A stretch of DNA of 64,000 bases, taken from the NCBI GenBank assembly GCA_043755195.1, contig JAYUTK010000001.1, positions 2,875 through 66,874 on the forward strand, in the 5' to 3' direction. A program made the position numbers and the translations under genes. The stretch comes from Gallionellaceae bacterium. GTDB taxonomy: Bacteria > Pseudomonadota > Gammaproteobacteria > Burkholderiales > Gallionellaceae. Below the pieces are notes generated by a model that worked only from the letters and a program-made list of their open reading frames with translations, did no database searches and was not told the DNA's origin. Positions 61,191-64,000 of this stretch are shown here, one piece after another (the stretch's first letter is position 1; each line of letters starts with the position of its first letter).

Positions 61191-61207
61191 AATTTTTAGA
61201 GATGCCC
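61190..61207. repeat. IS/MITE-like terminal sequence at the epimerase breakpoint
   Basis: gaatttttagagatgccc-tta; same family as 1-18 and 17051-17067. Confidence 0.65.
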
Positions 61208-61283
61208 TTATGCTTAATTTTTTGGTTAATCAATTGCGATTGCCTTGCTTGGCTGAGGTATCATTTTTTCCATTTTAAAAAAA

Positions 61284-62564
61284 TTACAGCCTCCACAATT
61301 TATGCCCCGCAGCTTTAACAACCTCAGGTTGATAGGCAGATTTAATATCAACGAACAAGCCGCCCTGCTTCAGCTTAGTCAATAATTGAGTGGCAGGTCG
61401 GCTGCTATATTCAGTATGCGAAACAGCGGCCACAATGGCGTCCGCCTGATCTGGCAGTGCGTTCCATTCCGTCAACGCTATACCGTATTCGCGCATCGCC
61501 TCGTCTGGTGCAGCTAGCGGATCGTGTACGCTGACATCACAACCAAACTCTTGCAGCTCTTTCACCAAATCAGCAACCTTGCTGTTACGGAGGTCGGGAC
61601 AATTTTCTTTGAAAGTGAGGCCGAGCACGATAACTTTGCAACCTTTGACAGCCACGCCTGACTGAATGATTTGCTTCACGGTTTGCTGCGCCACATAGGC
61701 GGCCATGCCATCATTGATGCGGCGACCAGCCAAGATGACTTGCGGGTGGTATCCCAGCATGTCTGCTTTGTGGGTCAGGTAATACGGATCAACGCCGATG
61801 CAATGTCCGCCAACCAGGCCTGGGCGGAATGGCAGGAAATTCCACTTGGTGCCCGCTGCTTTTAATACTTCCAGCGTGTCAATGCCAATTTTGTTGAAGA
61901 TAATTGCAAGCTCGTTCATCAGGGCGATGTTCAGGTCGCGCTGGGTGTTTTCAATGACTTTGGCGGCTTCAGCAACCTTGATGCTGCTGGCCGGATAAAC
62001 GCCTGCGGTGATGATCGATCCATACACTTCGCTGATAGTTTTGAGCGTTTCCGGTGTGTCGCCCGATACAATTTTGACGATCTTGGTAAGGGTGCGCTCT
62101 TTGTCGCCGGGGTTGATACGCTCAGGACTGTAACCCACAAAGAAATCTTGCTTCCACTTCAGACCGGAATGTTTTTCAATTAGCGGAATACATATTTCTT
62201 CGGTCGCGCCTGGATAGACGGTAGATTCGTAAACCACAATCGCGCCGCGCTTGATGTGCTTGCCGACGATTTCTGAACTCTTGATGAGTGGCGTGAAGTC
62301 CGGTTGATGAGCATCATCCACCGGCGTAGGAACGGCAATCACAATAAAGTCCGCATTGCTCAAACCCCGCGGGTCGGTGTGGCAGCTAAGTTGGGTTGCG
62401 GCACGCAATTCTTCCGTGCTGACTTCGCCGGTTGGGTCAACGAAATTGCGATACGCCGCGATTTTCTCTGCCGAAAGATCAATGCCAACGGTAGGATATT
62501 TTTTTCCAAACTCTACTGCCAGCGGCAAACCAACATAGCCAAGACCAATGACTGCTATTTCCAT
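61284..62564 (-). CDS. UDP-N-acetylhexosamine 6-dehydrogenase (WbpO/TviB family)
   Basis: IGLGYVGLPLA, YESTVYPG, YSPERINPGD, EAAKVIEN, GGHCIGVDPYY, GLTFKENCPDLRNS. Confidence 0.95.
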   Translation of the reverse strand: MEIAVIGLGYVGLPLAVEFGKKYPTVGIDLSAEKIAAYRNFVDPTGEVSTEELRAATQLSCHTDPRGLSNADFIVIAVPTPVDDAHQPDFTPLIKSSEIVGKHIKRGAIVVYESTVYPGATEEICIPLIEKHSGLKWKQDFFVGYSPERINPGDKERTLTKIVKIVSGDTPETLKTISEVYGSIITAGVYPASSIKVAEAAKVIENTQRDLNIALMNELAIIFNKIGIDTLEVLKAAGTKWNFLPFRPGLVGGHCIGVDPYYLTHKADMLGYHPQVILAGRRINDGMAAYVAQQTVKQIIQSGVAVKGCKVIVLGLTFKENCPDLRNSKVADLVKELQEFGCDVSVHDPLAAPDEAMREYGIALTEWNALPDQADAIVAAVSHTEYSSRPATQLLTKLKQGGLFVDIKSAYQPEVVKAAGHKLWRL

Positions 62565-62608
62565 TTTTTATCTTTCCAAGCTTCTATTATTAAACTCACG
62601 TCATGCCC

Positions 62609-62728
62609 CAATACTGTTCGCTTAGCACCTATCCGTTCGCCCTGAGCTTGTCGAAGGGGGTATGAATTGGCGGCTGGTGGTTCGACAAGCTCACCACGAA
62701 CGGTTAAGCAGTTAAGCGAACAGTATTA
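62609..62728. mobile_element. 120-bp MITE variant (TIR CAATACTGTTCGCTTA)
   Basis: TIR caatactgttcgctta / taagcgaacagtatta; 10-bp flanks cgtcatgccc and cgtcatgctc; same REP-pair interior. Confidence 0.85.
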
Positions 62729-62730
62729 CG

Positions 62731-63696
62731 TCATGCTCTCCATTTGAAGGCTATGCGCAACGCCTGCATACGCTCGGCTTGTTCGGGTTGTTGCTGTGCG
62801 CGCAACAAGCCCTCACGCACGAATGCCAAAAGTATAGCGAGGAAGAATGCCACCAGTGTCGCCAGCAGCACAATCACACTGCGCTTGGGTTTGGATTTCT
62901 TTTCTGGCGGTGTCGCCTGATCCAGCACTTGTATCAGCGAGGAGTTTTTGGCTTCGTCCAGCTTGGCCATTTCGAATTGCTTGGCAAGGATCTCCCATAC
63001 CGCTTCCTGATATTTCATGTTGCGCACAGCATCCATATATTGCAAGCTGGTATTGGATGTTTTGTCTAAGCGTGCTTCAGCATCGGTCAGCTTGTCTTTG
63101 GCTTGTTTCATTTGCTGCTCAAAAAATATTCGTTTCTGCGATGCATCGGTAAGCGCGAAGTTTTGCATCAGCTTGGCAAGTTCTTCGACAAAGGCATTCG
63201 CCATGTCAGCCGCGCGTTTCGGGTCAAGATCGCTTACTTCGACGGTGATTACCCCATCTTTTCCAGCGGTAAAAGTTGAGTTGTTCTCGAGTGCTTTCAG
63301 CGTATCGGTCAGCGTCTTCGCTTTATAAAGCTGCTGCAAATCGAAGCGGTTGGCGATTTTTCCCATGAGGGTGCGGCTCTTGAGCATGGCGAGATAGATA
63401 TCGGCTGGATTTTTGATGCCCATCGCTCCGCCCGCCAATCCGGCAAGCCCACCCAGCTGCCCCAACAATGCGCTGGCTGAAGACTGACTTTGCTGTGGCG
63501 GTAGAATCCGGGCCGTGCCGGTATAGACATTGGACATAAGCAGTGTCACTCCAACTGCCAGCAGCGCAGCCCCCAGCGTGACCTTCAGTATCATCGCCTT
63601 GTGTTTTGCAAGGACGATCAGCAAGTCGAGCAGGTTGATTTCGTCATCGTCCGGAATCGCTTGCAAAGGGGGGGGCAAGGTTTGGTTCTCAGTCAT
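62731..63696 (-). CDS. wzz: Wzz-type chain-length regulator
   Basis: DEINLLDLL, two TM, YTGTARILPP, VLDQATPPEKKSKPKR. Confidence 0.9.
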   Translation of the reverse strand: MTENQTLPPPLQAIPDDDEINLLDLLIVLAKHKAMILKVTLGAALLAVGVTLLMSNVYTGTARILPPQQSQSSASALLGQLGGLAGLAGGAMGIKNPADIYLAMLKSRTLMGKIANRFDLQQLYKAKTLTDTLKALENNSTFTAGKDGVITVEVSDLDPKRAADMANAFVEELAKLMQNFALTDASQKRIFFEQQMKQAKDKLTDAEARLDKTSNTSLQYMDAVRNMKYQEAVWEILAKQFEMAKLDEAKNSSLIQVLDQATPPEKKSKPKRSVIVLLATLVAFFLAILLAFVREGLLRAQQQPEQAERMQALRIAFKWRA

Positions 63697-63745
63697 AAAA
63701 TTTGATGGTTACAGTTTTTGGCTCTATGTAAAATACAGTGTGTAG

Positions 63746-64000
63746 TCAACTTTCAATTTTTTGAGGAAGAAGTAAATCCGTTCGTCCTGAGCCTGTCGAA
63801 GGATGGGCGAATTTACTGTTCGCCAAGCGAGAAACTTCCGACCAGTCGCCACGCATCATGGCCTCTTTTTTCTTGCGGCTCCAGCCCTTGATTTGCATCT
63901 CGGCGGACAAGGCTTCTTCTCGTGTGACACATTCCTGCGACCAAGCAAGCACCACCGGACGACGCGTTGCAGTATAACCCTCGCATTCCCCGGCCTGGTA
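63746..64000 (-). CDS. GIY-YIG nuclease (YhbQ/UPF0213-like), 5'-partial
   Basis: GYTATRRPVVLAWSQ...REEALSAEMQIKGWSRKKKEAM; C-terminal HPSTGSGRT encoded by the REP-like repeat. Confidence 0.88.
   Translation of the reverse strand, partial: YQAGECEGYTATRRPVVLAWSQECVTREEALSAEMQIKGWSRKKKEAMMRGDWSEVSRLANSKFAHPSTGSGRTDLLLPQKIES

Overview
Chromosomal window from a betaproteobacterium; the protein set and gene order resemble Gallionellaceae (inference, not verified). It has five parts. (1) 1-7.5 kb: signalling cluster with a hybrid histidine kinase, two receiver proteins without a DNA-binding output, a degenerate HD-GYP protein and a transposase remnant. (2) radA, then a tightly packed minus-strand operon: MCP - amicyanin-like cupredoxin - triheme cytochrome c - MauG-type diheme enzyme - msrP - msrQ, downstream of a porin. 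(3) Housekeeping block: coq7, ubiE, hldC/rfaE2, dolP, gmhA, yraN, lpoA, rsmI, pyrC, ybgC-tolQRAB-pal-cpoB, queE, queC. (4) An intact 3,223-bp IS1-family element (about 21-bp TIRs, 9-bp target duplication) carrying passenger genes, inserted between queC and tRNA-Lys/tRNA-Thr. (5) From 36.2 kb: a Wzx/Wzy surface-polysaccharide cluster with four toxin-antitoxin pairs, a DUF1016 nuclease, an AAA_14/DUF4143 ATPase and many gene remnants. Several families of small repeats (REP-like hairpins and MITEs with TIRs and target duplications) are scattered and nested through the window, and one MITE sits in frame inside the asnB-like gene. Best candidates for undescribed biology: the MauG/amicyanin/triheme/MCP/MsrPQ operon without methylamine dehydrogenase; cargo genes bracketed by duplicated 3' ends of sugar-pathway genes; the in-frame MITE insertion; and the cargo-carrying IS1 element. 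All family calls come from reading motifs by eye; no database search was run.
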